Of a stretch of 64,000 bases of DNA, positions 28,353-41,389 are shown piece after piece. Every line of letters begins with the position of its first letter. The first letter of the stretch is position 1. A program made the translations under genes and the position numbers. The notes under the pieces were generated by a model. That model ran no database searches. It was given only the letters and a program-made list of their open reading frames with translations, and had not been told where the DNA came from. The DNA comes from Octopus vulgaris (taxonomy: Eukaryota). The DNA lies in assembly GCA_951406725.2 (NCBI GenBank), contig OX597818.1, positions 111,290,001-111,354,000 of the forward strand, in the 5' to 3' direction.

Positions 28353-28562
28353 TGGCTGCGATCTGGCAGATTCGTTGTCCGGCAAGCAAAACGATTAGCG
28401 GCATTTCGTCAGTCTTTATATTCCAAGTTCAAATTCCGCCGAGGTTGACTTTACCTTTCATCCTTTCGGGGTCGATAAAATAAGTACCAGTTGAACTCTG
28501 GAGTCGATGTAATCGACTATGCCCTTCTCCGAAATTGCTGGCCTTGTGCTAAAACTTGAAAT
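28353..28562 (+). mobile_element. SINE family A
   Basis: GTTCAAATTCCGCCGAGGTTGACTTTACCTTTCATCCTTTCGGGGTCGATAAAATAAGTACCAG. Confidence 0.85.
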
Positions 28563-28869
28563 CAACACAACTTTCCTTTAGGTTTTCTAATCGTTTTACG
28601 TTAGCTATTTGTTAAATCAATTACAGAACTTCTTGTTCCTTTGTTGGGGCGGGGTGTTTGATGTATCAGAACGTTTCTCTTTGTGTCCGCTATTTTGCAA
28701 GGTATAATTGTATTAGGGACTACTTTATCCTATATTTCGCTTTTGAAAGAAAGATACTTGATCCTTCTGTTAATGTGGTACAATAACCTCTTAAAATAAC
28801 CTGGGCCGACACTGATATGATCTTATGTTTAAGTAAAAAATATTTTCCATTTGGTTCTTTGAAAATATT

Positions 28870-29031
28870 CTTTACTACTCTCAGCACAAGGCCCGAAATT
28901 TTTTGGGGAGGGGGCCAGTCGATTAAATTGACCCCAGTACGCAATTGGTACTTAATTTATCGACCCCGAAAGGATGAAAGGCAAAGTCGACCTCGGCGGA
29001 ATTTGAACTCGGAAAGTATAGACAGACGAAA
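28870..29031 (-). mobile_element. SINE family A
   Basis: Shared family motifs. Confidence 0.8.
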
Positions 29032-29564
29032 GTTCTTCGAAAATATTGTATAAGCAAGTTGTGTGACAACTCAACAATAGTAAGGTTGTCAACAGTAGTA
29101 AGGCTAGAGTTAAAAACGAAGATAACGACCTTCATTAATTCGTGTCAAGTTAATTACAGTTAACTAGTCAACCGTGCACGAGCTAAAGTTAATGAGATGA
29201 AATTTCTTAGCAAGTATATCTAAATGTGAGAGATTACATCTGCTTACCTTGACATTTTACCTTGAAATTATATCGAATGAACCTTTTGCTTCGGAATTTT
29301 CTTTTTCACAGGCAGAGTTCTTTTTTTAACATTAACGGTTATGTCAACACAGTTGTTGTCTAATGAGTTTTAGTTCTTGATAAAATCTAGAGATGCGAAG
29401 CAGGGTTTGGCATAGAGTGCGATAAAAAAAGATCGACAATGTAGAAATGAATAAAACTACAAGAGTGATTGTTATTCATATTCTTCATCAGACACCAATA
29501 CTATTTCTTATGTGACGTAGCTCTGTTGTTTTCCTAATAGTACAGGTAACAATATTAGAATCTT

Positions 29565-29730
29565 AAGGCGGCGAGCTGACAGAAACGTTAACACGTTGGG
29601 CGAAATGTTTACCGGTATTTTGTCTGTCGGTACGCTCTGAGTTCAAATTACGCCGAGGTCGACTTTGTTTTTCATCTATTCGGGGTCGATAAATTAAGTA
29701 CCCGTTGCGTAATCGACTGGCTCCCTCCCC
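29565..29730 (+). mobile_element. SINE family A
   Basis: AAGGCGGCGAGCTGACAGAAACGTTA head; GAGTTCAAATT B box. Confidence 0.8.
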
Positions 29731-29843
29731 CAGCAGTGATAGAGTTATAGTGGCAACTGCTGAAACAATAAAATTAGTTGAGTAGCAATAACATTACTAG
29801 TATAATAATAGGCTGATATTTGTCCTCATCTTGTTTGTTGTTT

Positions 29844-29887
29844 ACACAACGTTTCAGCTGATATACCCTCCAGCCTTCATCAGGTGT
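29844..29887 (-). ncRNA. Minimal type I hammerhead motif
   Basis: Minus: ACAC-CTGATGA-A-GGCTG-GAGGGTATAT-CAGCT-GAAA-CG-TT-GTGT. Confidence 0.7.
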
Positions 29888-29969
29888 CTTGGGGGAATAA
29901 TAATAATAATAACATTCATAAGGAAAAATACATTAGGAAATGCGAACCCAGGTTCGAAATTTCCCCAGG

Positions 29970-30013
29970 ACACCTGATGAAGGTTGGAGAGTACATCAGC
30001 CGAAATGTTGTGT
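29970..30013 (+). ncRNA. Minimal type I hammerhead motif (inverted partner of 29844)
   Basis: ACAC-CTGATGA-A-GGTTG-GAGAGTACAT-CAGCC-GAAA-TG-TT-GTGT. Confidence 0.65.
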
Positions 30014-30112
30014 TAACAAGATGAGGACAGATATAGGTCAAATGTAAATAATGTACATAATTCCTCATCTCTCAAATATAGAACTGAATACTACTACTAC
30101 TACTAATAATAA

Positions 30113-30326
30113 TGGTTTAAAATTTTGCCACAAGGGCAGACATTTTGTGGGAGGGGTTGAGACGATTACATCGACCCAGTACTGAACTGGTACTTTACTT
30201 ATCGACCCCGAAAGGATGAAAGGGAAAGTCGATCTCGGCGGAATTTGAACTCAGAACGTAGCGACGGGCGAAATACCGCAAAGATTATCGTCCAGCGCGC
30301 TAACCATTCTGCCAGTTTGCCACCTT
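30113..30326 (-). mobile_element. SINE family A
   Basis: Shared family motifs. Confidence 0.8.
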
Positions 30327-30344
30327 AATAATAATAATAATGAT

Positions 30345-30720
30345 TTCATTTATTTGTCACAAGGGTGAAGGTTGAGGGGGGGGGGGGGCAATACACAGAC
30401 ATACATAAAGTGTGGGGGTTTACATATGATGAAATGATAAAAATGAAAGAAAGTAAGAATACATGGTATACACTGACAAAGAAGGGACATATGCATTCAC
30501 ACAAAAGTTTAAAAGAAAAAAAGTGGTAGGGAGGATGATAGAGATGTGGCCCGCCTGATACAGGAAGGCCTCTAGGGATAATCGAGGAACCCAACTCTCC
30601 AAGATTTCCGTGAAATCTCAGGAGCAAGTGCCCTCACCAATAACTTTTCTCCAACTCACAGGTCTACACTTAGAGAGGTACCATTCACTCTTGCCATTTC
30701 CCAAATTTCACCTACCTTTC
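30345..30720 (-). mobile_element. Probable non-LTR (Tx1/L1-like) 3' end inserted in (TAA)n
   Basis: Minus strand ends MARVNGTSLSVDL*, then a pyrimidine-rich UTR; (TAA)n on both sides. Confidence 0.4.
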
Positions 30721-30753
<33 letters not shown>

Positions 30754-30979
30754 TCGTAATGTCACCATAAGGAGCAGAGATATCATTTGTACAGTATGAA
30801 TAACAATTCTTCCAGAGTAAAAGTCATTACTACAGTAGCAATGAATTAAAACCAGCAGAGTAATAATATTTATACAGTAGCAATGATATTGATACGATTA
30901 GCAATAATAATTCAACAGCATCAATATTATTGAATTAGCAATAACATATTGCAGTAGCCAGGACGTTATGAATGCAATA

Positions 30980-31920
30980 CTATAATATTACCATGATAAT
31001 AATAATGATACCATAATAATACCATGATAATAATAATAATAATAATAATAATAATATTACCATGATAATAATAATAATAATAATAATAATATTACCATGA
31101 TAATAATAATAATAAAGGTAAAGACCCCCTTCGGTCATGAATGACCATGGGATTGCACCTAGAAAGTTACCCTCCTAGACACAAGTCCGGACAAGGTTGT
31201 TTATGGAAGACCAGCAGTCGCCCATGCATACCAGCCTCCCCTCTCCACGCCACCAGTGTTATCCAAGGGAAAGACAAAGGTCGATACAGCTTGGCACCAG
31301 TGACGTCGCAACTCATTTCTACAACTGAGTGAACTGGAGCAACGTGAAATAAAGTGCCTTGCTCAAGAACACAACACGCAGCCCGGTCCGGGATTCGAGC
31401 TCACAACCTCACGATCGTAAGCTCGACGCTCTAACCACTGAGCCATGCGCCTTCACAATAATAATAATATTACCATGATAATAATAATAATACCATGATA
31501 ATAATAATAATGATAATAATAATATTACCATGATAATAATACCATACTACTACTAATAATAATGATAATGCCATGATAATAATGATAATAATACCATGAT
31601 AATAATATTACTATAGAAGCAATAGCAATACCACAGAAGCAATATTAGCATAGTTACCATAGTAACTATAATAGTGACGAAGAAACAATATTACCAAAGT
31701 AACAATGGTGTTACCAATAATAACAAAAATATAACCAAAGAAACAATATTACAGTAGTAGCAATAGTATTACGGTAGAAACAATGTTACCATAGAAACAA
31801 TATCACCATAGTAACCATAATATTACCATAGAAACAATAGTGTTACCATGACAATAATATTACCATAATAGCAATAATATTACCATAGTAACAAGTGTTA
31901 CCATAGTAACAATAATATAA
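30980..31920. repeat. (AAT)n-derived minisatellite (ATATTACCATG/A units), split by a SINE
   Basis: Seen directly. Confidence 0.85.
31115..31456 (-). mobile_element. Full-length tRNA-derived SINE family D
   Basis: Minus: GGCGCATGGCTCAGTGGTTAGAGCG (A box)..GAGCTCGAATCCC (B box), GTGTTCTTGAGCAAGGCACTT. Confidence 0.85.
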
Positions 31921-32061
31921 GACATTACTTCTCATAGACTGGCTCTGCTCTCTTTCTCATCATGTCAAGACACTCATGAGAAGAAAAAGATCTCATAACA
32001 TTCAAACAGTTCCTGGACGAATGTCTGCAATAAATTCCAGATAAACCCGCCTCACCCAGAT

Positions 32062-32278
32062 TCTTTTCTTTTCTTTTTACTTGTTTCAGTCATTTGACTG
32101 CGGCCATGCTGGAGCACCGCCTTTAGTCGAGCAAATCGACCCCGGGACTTATTCTTTGTAAGCCCAGTACTTATTCTATGGGTCTCTTTTGCCGAACCGC
32201 TAAGTGACGGGGACATAAACACACCAGCATCGGTTGTCAAGCAATGCGAGGAGGACAAACACAGACACACAAACATAT

Positions 32279-32321
<43 letters not shown>

Positions 32322-32483
32322 TACGACAGGCTTCTTTCAGTTTCCGTCTACCAAATCCACTCACAAGGCATTGGTCGGCCCGAAGCTATAGCAGAAGACA
32401 CTTGCCCAAGATGCCACGCAGTGGGACTGGACCCGGAACCATGTGGCTGGTTAGCAAACTACTTACCACACAGCCACTCCTGC
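32062..32483 (-). mobile_element. SINE family B (near full length), inserted in a CR1-like 3' relic
   Basis: Shared family motifs; left flank reads FKQFLDECLQ*IPDKP. Confidence 0.85.
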
Positions 32484-32974
32484 AGATATGTCTCTGCAAA
32501 CAATAACTCTCGACTGGAATGGGCGATTGTTGCCCAAAGAATGACTGTAATATGAAACATCATTAAATGTCTTTTCCAGGTGGTTCTATCATGGCAGAAA
32601 CTGTATCCAAGTATTATCACACTAACAATAATATTAACACCGTAACAATGATAACATTACAATATCATTCGCATGATCACAATAAAAATAAAAGGATTAC
32701 AACAGCAGAGTTTGCTGCAACAGTGGCAATAATATTATCTCAATAACAAAAACAATATTACTACAATAACGTTAACATTATCATAATATTGACATCATAC
32801 GTATAATAGTAATATCGCTTTTATAACAACAATTGCAATAATGGCAGATTTTTAAGAATCAGCATTTGGGAAGTAAATGGTTTTTCGATTAATAGGAAAA
32901 CATGTTTGGGAAGAGAGATATGATGCTTTCATCATTCTATAGTTTCGTTCTTTAATATTGAGAGATATTTAATT

Positions 32975-33340
32975 CTTTTCTACTCTAGGTAGAAGGCCGA
33001 AAATTTTTGGGGAGAGGGACAGTCGATTAGATCGACCCCTGTATTCAACTGGTACTTAATTTATCGATCTCGAAAGGATGAAAGGCAAAGTCGACCTCGG
33101 TGGAATTTGAACTCAGTACTGAGAGATATTAAAGCGGCAAACTGGCAAAATAGTTAGCATTCCAAGCAAAATGTTCAGTGACATTTCACGTTTACTTTCC
33201 GAGTTCAAGTTCCGCCGAGGTCGACTTTGACTTTTATTCTTTCGCAGCCGATAAAATAAGTACCAGTTAAGCACTGGGGTCAGTGTAATCGACTTACCCA
33301 ACTTTTCCAAAAATGCTGGCCTTGTGGTAAAATTTGAAAC
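32975..33340. mobile_element. Head-to-head inverted pair of SINE family A
   Basis: Minus copy 32975-33115, plus copy 33132-33340. Confidence 0.75.
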
Positions 33341-33794
33341 GAATACTGAAAGACACTTCTTTTTATCTACACAGGATATCTCAGAGAATTTTGTGTTTCT
33401 ATTGAGAAAAGAGAATGAATTCTGTAGCGGTGCTGCTACTAGAAAAAAACAAAAAAAAAAACAAAAAACAAACAAACAAACGAATATCTAAACCGGCATT
33501 CGTCGAAGTGGATCCACTTCATTTCATCCTGGAGGCTCATTATTCTTTTTAATGGATTCTTCTCCTTTTATTATTAGCATAAAATCGAAAGGCACGATTA
33601 GAAATTTTAAGGAGCTTACGTTTATCGGAGAATGAAACTCTATAACAATGAAAGAATTAAGAAACGGAAGTGTTCAATAATGACAATCTTACAGAAAGGA
33701 AGTAGTCGATTGAAAAATATTTCATTTTCTACTTGTTCCTTCCGAAGCTTTGCCGCAAATAACAATGATTAAAAAAAAAAAGGGTTTTACTTAC

Positions 33795-34957
33795 TGTAGA
33801 CCATTGACGAATAATTTTTCTGTTATGTAATCCCGACAGTTAGAATTTTCAAACGCTAAATAAAATTTATAGTCCTTATTAAGCATTTCAAAACATTTTT
33901 TGGCAATATTCCTGGGGCATTTAAAGCTGCCGCAAGCCCCATATATATCAACCTGGATATATTTAGCAAGTTCTTCAGCGTAGGTACGCCTATCGTTCTG
34001 AGCGCCACAGTTCGAAACAAACCATGCAACTTTTTTTGTTTTGGTGGCCGCGTAGTTTTTCACTTGTTCTTTCTGTTTTACAGACTCGTTGAAATACTGG
34101 AATTTTTCATACGGTGCCACAATTGTGCTATCGTGACGGTATGTAGCAGTCCAATTAAAAAGATTCTTTACGCCAGCAAGTCCCGGAGTGTGATAAGGGC
34201 ATTCTAGCATGTACAGCACCCATATCTGGTTTAATGGTCGCGGTATATTCATAGCGCTGACACCATGGTAGAAAAGTATAGCGTCAGCGCTGCTTCTTTT
34301 TGTTCTATCATCTGTAAGGTAGCACGTGTTGATCGGACACTTATAATCCAAAAACGTGTCTTGGCCATGTTTTTGTTGAAAGACGCTAAAACCGTTGTAT
34401 ATTAATATTGTCTTTAGTTTCCTCATAACATGCGCCGGCTCTTTTTTCTGACCGGTTTCATCTCTCAGCCTGAAATTTCCACCATTAATTTCCTCAGGTT
34501 GTTTCCGAGGGTATCTATCAGGAATATAGTTTGGTGGTATGTATTTCAGCTGAGCCTGGATTCGGTCACCAACGTCCCATATATTCCCAGGCCATAATGC
34601 AAGGAATTCAGAAGTCATTGAATTATTGCGATAGTGCCGCGTGGCATTTATTACGTTACGTATATTGGAGATTTTATTCTGAACATGCTGTCCCTTTTTT
34701 TTGATGGAGCCGACAAGTAGTGATGACAAAGAGGAAGGCTTATCGTGAATTGCTCCTTGATATGTCAATATATTTTTGTGGTCAGCAGGCCGATGTTTTG
34801 GAATGTTACTGCTATAGCCGCTACCGTCGTCGTTGTGTGCAGAGTAGGTGTGGACCCAAAGTTTGTGGTTGTATAAATTGAAAATAATTAGAAACAAAAT
34901 ACTCGCAAAGAAAACCCATGTGAACGCTTTCTTGATGCTCAACTTCATTGTTTTCAT
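33795..34957 (-). CDS. FucTA: Glycoprotein 3-alpha-L-fucosyltransferase A-like (GT10), first coding exon
   Basis: Type II membrane anchor; DRIQAQLKYIP, LECPYHT, NWTATYRHDSTIVAPYEK, VAWFVSNC, VDIYGACG, YKFYLAFENSNCRDYITEK; ends at donor CA|GTAAGT (intron begins 33794). Confidence 0.93.
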
Positions 34958-37816
34958 TCATGTAAGTAGGTGGTTAGACCTAACCGGAAAATCACCCTCA
35001 TACGCATACACACCGGCACACACACATCTATGTATGGAATGTATGTATGTTTGCATATATGTACCTGTACGGATTTTTATAGTTACTTTAAATGTTTAGT
35101 ATTTGTTCAGAGCACACACACACATACTGGGACAGTCATCATTGATCCCAAACGCTAATCCTATCATCAGAGGCTTTATCTTATATAAAACTGCTATAAA
35201 ACATGATGCCAACCGTGCACTCGTAGATTACTCCCCCCCGATAACTTATTATCTTGCTCAATTATGGACGTGGATATAAGACGAAGTATTTATTATTAAA
35301 TAGATTTCTACTATAATATGTAGATATTAACCCCTACAAAAAACAAACACTTACGTCCAAACTTTTTTATAATAAATATGTGAAAATATTTACGATAAAG
35401 ACTAGATTGAGCGCCTGTTGTTCTATCATTTGCCTGCCTCTTAAATTATGTTCATTTGTCTCGGTGATTTTTGCTCGTTATGTATACAGAGCCATATAGC
35501 AGTCTTGAGTAGATGTTCAGCTAGTGTGTGTGTGTGTTTATCAACTTCAAATGTTAGAGTAGAATATGAGGAGATTTTAGTATTTTATTGTGAACATGAG
35601 ATACAAGTGTCTGTATGTGTATACTAATGACTACGAGAGAGAGAGAGAGAGAGAGAAAGTGTGTGAGCGCGTGAATAAACGGAACAATGATAAATGATGG
35701 GTGAGAGAAAATATTGATGTGTGTGTGTATATTTGTTTGTTTATGCGTACAGGTTTGTAGACCTGATCTAAACGAAGTAATTATTAAAGTTCTGCTCAAA
35801 ACGAAACCAAAACTGTACTTACATTATTTTATAAACGAAATAAAACAAACGACCGGTCGGTTGGAGTCGACTGAATAAAAGCTACGGAGTAAGGTCATTG
35901 TTGAGATGTGATTAACGGTCAACGTTTGGTATTTTCACCTGAAAACTGCAGATAATAGTAAGCCGAATGAGGAAAGGTGGCTTACCTAATGCAACAGTCT
36001 ACCTGGGACGATAGCAGTTGCCAACATCCTGTCAGTCGGTTACGACGTTAACAACCGAATTAGGTGGGAAGCGCAGATGGAAAGAAACCTATTTCAATAA
36101 AACCATTCAATAAATGAATAAACAAGAAAAAAACAAAACAAAGTCGAACGGGAAACCTGAGCACAACCTAGTAGTAGTAGTAGTACTATCAATGAGTATC
36201 AGTAGTCGTACAATAGTAGTAGTAGTAGTATTGAAAATACTGATGATGATTATGTTGGTCACCCTTGTCGATTTCGACGTATGAGTGTTTGTAGGAGTGG
36301 ATTACAAACATTTAATGAAAGATGAAACATAAATAAATAAATAAATAAATAAATAAATGAATGAATATAGATTATTATTTTTACGAGTTAAATGTTACAG
36401 ATAAGATGTTCAACAAATGTGTTAATTGTCTCTGATCTAAATTTGGAGTTAATATTCACCAGCGACATATATGAAGAGAATAACCAAAGATCAACACTGA
36501 AAATTGCCTTGAAAATTTGAAAATTTCAACAATTGTTCATTATTATAAATATGACCGTCCCTGGATTTCTGCTTTGTTTCTGTGCGGTATATTTTCAAAT
36601 TTTATTGGATTAATTACTTCTTTCTCTTCGCCACGAAAAGCCCTTTCCTCATACTACAGTTATCACAGTTCGTAATCCCGCTGTCATGATAGCAAGCAAT
36701 GCTTTAAACAGGTTGGTATATAAACCACACGAACACAGAACATTCCTCCTTTATCTACTTAAACACGCATATATTTTTATCTGTGTGTATGCATGTATAT
36801 ATGTCAATACATTCTTATCGATATATTTCTAAGTAATTATGTATATACATATTTGCTTTTTTTTCCCGCTTTACTACGAAAATATAATCAGTCATCTTTC
36901 GCATGCCTCGTTGGTTGGTCAAGTTTGCTTAAGCTTCAACTATTAACTTTTCGATAAATTTAAACGATTATTTTCCTCAATATTTATTTTTCTCACGTGT
37001 TTGTTGATCTGCTTAAAATTGTTTGAGTGGTCGTTTCTTTTACCAGTTTGCTTTTATTTGTAATTTTTATGTCTAAAACTATGTTTTGTTTTCCCCACTT
37101 CTAGTATCACTGGTTCGGTCACCTACCTTTTTTTCTTTACGTTTATACTTGTAAAGTTTGTGAAGCCAGAAGACAAGGAAAGAGTCCCTTCCCGTGTTCA
37201 GGTATCAGCCGAATACCGAAGCTGGCTGTTGGTCATATGAGGAGGCGGGCGAGCATAAGAGTTACACTCACATAAATACACGCATCCATCTTTATGCACA
37301 CACGCACAAACGAATAAAGTAGAAAAGGGGCGAGCAGTAGAAAGGAATGTTAAGGTGAGCAGTTAAGCTCCTGTCTACAGGTACCTGTGCGTGCGTCTGT
37401 GTGAGTGTGTGTTTAGGATCGACTTACAGCAACCACTTGACGGTCAGTCCGTTTGACAGTCTGTCTGTGTGTCGGGCTAGCTGCGAGCTGTCTCTTTTAG
37501 TTAAACAAAGCTTAGCAGTAATCTTAAAATACAATGAAAGTGCAGTAAGCTTGTATAATAATAAGGAAATTAACTAGTGTGTCAGCCTGTCCAAAGTTCA
37601 CTGTCTCCTTTATATATCTTTCACTGATGAAAATCCAATTAAATGTTTGTGTTCTGAGTTAGACTTCTTTCTAAGATAAACTTTTTGCTTATCAGTATTA
37701 ATATCAGCTACGTTATTATCAGTACTATTTTTATTGTTTTACATCTCAGGACGGTCTTGTTTGTTCTGGTAGTGTCTGCGAGAGCGGTGTTATTATCAGT
37801 ATTTATAATTTTATTA

Positions 37817-37849
<33 letters not shown>

Positions 37850-38813
37850 TATGTTTGTATTGTTATTAATATTAGCCGTACTTAAAGCATAAATAGTGAC
37901 AAAGGTTGAAAAATGTAAATTCCTATCTTACCGTGTGTGTGTGTATTAATTAAGATACATCTCTATTCTTACACATTCTGCGGCTGTGTGAAGCTTTGTG
38001 TGTTTATTCATGCGCATTGTATGTATTGGTGTGTGTTTAAATTTGAGTAAAACTTACAAAACTGTGCGAGAGGGTGAGCTGGGTGTGTGTTAAAGCGTTG
38101 TGTACGGATCAGATCAAGACGGCCTCACTGCGTTTGCATAGTCAACTGCGATGAACCAACTTTGTGATAGTAAAATATTAGGAATCCCTGAGTCGTGGTA
38201 GCAGTTGCTACGTGAGTGAGATTAGAGAGGCTGGTTCGTTCTCATCTGCAGCTGGATGCATTTGGTGTCCCCTAACACTACAGGCATCTACTTACAAACT
38301 TGTGCCTTTTACTTTCTAACTCCCTCTCACACCTATTCGCTTGATTGTATTTATATCAACACCTTTCTTTCTTTCTTTCTATCTTTCCTTAGATCATAGA
38401 AGCTCTATCTGCCTCTCTATCTCTCTTTCCCCTCTTCTGTCTCACTTTTTCTCTTTCTTCCTTTGTCTCTGTTATACACACTCACTCACACTTAAGCTGT
38501 CTTTTTTCGCTCTTCTTCTCTCTGCATTCCAACTTTGCTCAAAACGTTGCCAATAGCAATGAGCTGGTGCTATTCCGTTTTCGTTTATTCTTGTTGTCTC
38601 TGGTTATTTCTCTTTGACTTCTTGACGTTCTCAATGGCACCGAAATTCTGCAAACTCTGACTCCGATGACTGAGAGGTGTGATTCTTATTGGTCTGTTTA
38701 TATTTATTTTTTAATATATTTTTCTCTTCCAGTAATATTCTTAGAATGAATACTTAGTTCCTTATATATTTCTCAAGTTTCTTCGTAGTTCTAGGATTTC
38801 GGGCATCAGGTAC

Positions 38814-38837
38814 CTGCAAGAGAAAAAAAAAAAAAAA
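38814..38837 (-). promoter_or_regulatory. Candidate splice acceptor upstream of the FucTA coding region
   Basis: Minus: (T)n-CTCTTGCAG|G at the edge of a SINE-free zone. Confidence 0.45.
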
Positions 38838-39009
38838 CACCCGTTCATACATCATATACCGACACATTAAAACTGTGATATTAGAAATCTGAAATGTATA
38901 GTTTATTCTAGTACAATGGACCTTATGGGGTGGAAACGGTGGTGGGAATGGGGAAAGAAGGTGGTTATGCTCAATAATATTGGTTTTATATTATGGAGGC
39001 AAGGATAGG

Positions 39010-39402
39010 TCGGTTACATCGACCCCAGTGCTCAACTGGTACTTTATTTTATCGACCTTGAAAGGATGAAAGTGAACTACGGCGGCGGAATTTGAACTCA
39101 GAACGTAAAGATGGATGAAGTACCGTTAAGCATTTCGTCCGGCGTGCTAAAGAATCTGTTAGAATATTTTAAGATGGATCTAAACTTCTGAAACTTGCTG
39201 AAAAGTATGATGACGGAAATTTTTGGGGAGGGAGGCAGTCGATTAGATCAACCCCAGTACGCAACTGGTACTTAATTTATCGACCTCGAAAGGATGAAAG
39301 GCAAAGTCAGCCTCGGCGGAATTTGAACTCAGAACGTAAAGACAGACGAAATACTGCTAAGCATTTCGTCCTACGTGCTAACGGTTCTGCCAAATCGCCG
39401 CC
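39010..39402 (-). mobile_element. Two tandem SINE family A copies
   Basis: GGCGGAATTTGAACTCAGAACGTAAAGA present twice. Confidence 0.8.
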
Positions 39403-39619
39403 AGAATAGTTAAATATTTTAAGTACGAGGTTTATCTTCTCGTCGGTGTTACTAACATTTCACTATTTCACCTTGTTGTGGTGGTGAGAACTGTTGCACT
39501 AGTGAACGTAGGAACTTCGATATGATCGTTCGAGCTACTAGAAAGAGCAACCAAATATATCAAATTATCCGCTGCCCACTCGAAAAGTGAAGGACCCATT
39601 GGAAAATGTAGTCCTAGAT

Positions 39620-39814
39620 CAGTGGTTACCAACCTTTTCACTACCAAGGACCCACTTTTATTTAAACTAGTTTTCCCACAGACCCCTTTTAATATGCTTA
39701 TCCTTTATTCATATATATATATATATATATGAAATTTTGATTTTAATTTACGGCCTCCCAGTACTACCTTTGCGGACCACTAGGGGTCCGCAGACCACAG
39801 GTTTGGAACCACTG
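39620..39814. mobile_element. hAT (Charlie-like) MITE
   Basis: TIR CAGTGGTTACCAACCT / AGGTTTGGAACCACTG; 8-bp TSD TCCTAGAT/TTCTAGAT. Confidence 0.85.
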
Positions 39815-40093
39815 TTCTAGATAGACAGATCCACAATGCCTAGTCAACACCGGTACGTAATAGCTGATTACCTTTGTGCATGGGTTTACTCAGTCAGCAC
39901 TGACCTTGGGCTCATTCCTATCATGATTTGCATCAATGAAATCGTAATGGTTCGTTACTCATCATAAACTAACAACAGACTGGGAGAAAGCTGTCAGCCT
40001 GGTTATATTTAATATAACCACTTCGCTATTACAAATGTCTGCGTTGAAATCCAGCAGAAAGCTTTCAATCTGAAGTTAGAAATTCAATTTATC

Positions 40094-40286
40094 TCTTACT
40101 TGTTTCAGTCATTAGACTGCGGCCATGCTGGGGCACCGCCTTGAAATATTTTTAGTCGAACGAATCAACCCTAGTGCTTGTTTTTAAAAGCCTGGTACTT
40201 ATCGCTCTCTTTTTCTGAACAACTAAGTTACTGGGACGTAAACGCGCCGATACCTATTGTCAAGCGATGGTCGGGAACACCCACAA

Positions 40287-40329
<43 letters not shown>

Positions 40330-40597
40330 GTCGTTCGAGCTACTAGAAAGGGCCACCAAATCTCTCTCAAATTACTCGCTGCCTATTTGAAAAGTGAAGG
40401 ACTCGTTGGAAAATGTAGTCCTAGATCACTACCAAAGACCCCTTTTATTTAAATAAATAAATATATATATATATATATATATACGACGGGCTTCTTTCGG
40501 TTTCCATCTTCTAAATCCACTTATGCCACGCAGTGGGATTGAACTCGGAGCCATGAAGTTAGGAAGCAAACTTCTTACCACACAGCCACACTTGCAG
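40094..40597 (-). mobile_element. SINE family B with an insertion in its internal (TA)n
   Basis: Shared family motifs on both sides of 40331-40455. Confidence 0.75.
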
Positions 40598-40889
40598 CTA
40601 TTCTTAATTTGTTTTTCAGATATATTTTAAATTCATTTCACTACATACAATTTTAAACTGGTTATTTTTTTTTTTAAATAACGATTTGAATGATATGCTA
40701 GGCTGTTATTAACTGCTCATATTTTATCAAAGCGTATTTGAATTTTATCTTTTATAGAGCTCCAATGCAAGTTATAATTATAGCTTCAGTTTTAGATACA
40801 TTATGCTTGAGGCTGAAATTATAATGCAAAGCTTGCAAAATCGATTAAAGCTAAAATAATCTATATACATACATACACACACACACACT

Positions 40890-40926
<37 letters not shown>

Positions 40927-41185
40927 ATATCATTATCAATAAACAATAATATAAGTGGCTAGCAAGCATAAAAACCAAAAGGTAAATTTATAAATTTATA
41001 ATTATAAATAAAATTATAATTAAAGGTACGAGGTAGTACCAGCATTACTAGAAAAAGAGTCGAAAATGCGCAAATAAGCCGCAATATCACTGGAAATTTA
41101 ACATGCTGATGAAATCGAGGAGCGAGTAAAAAGTCGAGCTACGACCAATTGCGGGAGAAAGACGCAAAGGACTTTGTAGATATCC

Positions 41186-41238
41186 CCATATCAGGTGATT
41201 TCGAACTCTGGGATGTTATTCTTAGTTCTCATCAGTGG
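41186..41238 (-). ncRNA. Type I hammerhead motif, canonical core
   Basis: Minus: CCA-CTGATGA-GAACT-(16 nt)-AGTTC-GAAA-TCACCTGA-TA-TGG. Confidence 0.7.
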
Positions 41239-41389
41239 TTCTTGCTGCCTGGAGTTAAATTAATAATCACGTCGTCATGCTTATTAATTATACATAAAAA
41301 ATTATTATTAATAAATAATAATATAAGTGGCTAGCAAGGGTTCGAAATCACGTGATACGAGTTGACTATGAGGATGAAAGGCAATGTCG

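Noticed and set aside
31380-31456. tRNA gene
   Set aside because: The tRNA-like head continues into a repeated body with no acceptor stem or terminator; it is a SINE (same at 56950)
30980-31920. CRISPR-like spaced repeats
   Set aside because: Eukaryotic AAT-derived minisatellite with no unique spacers and no cas genes
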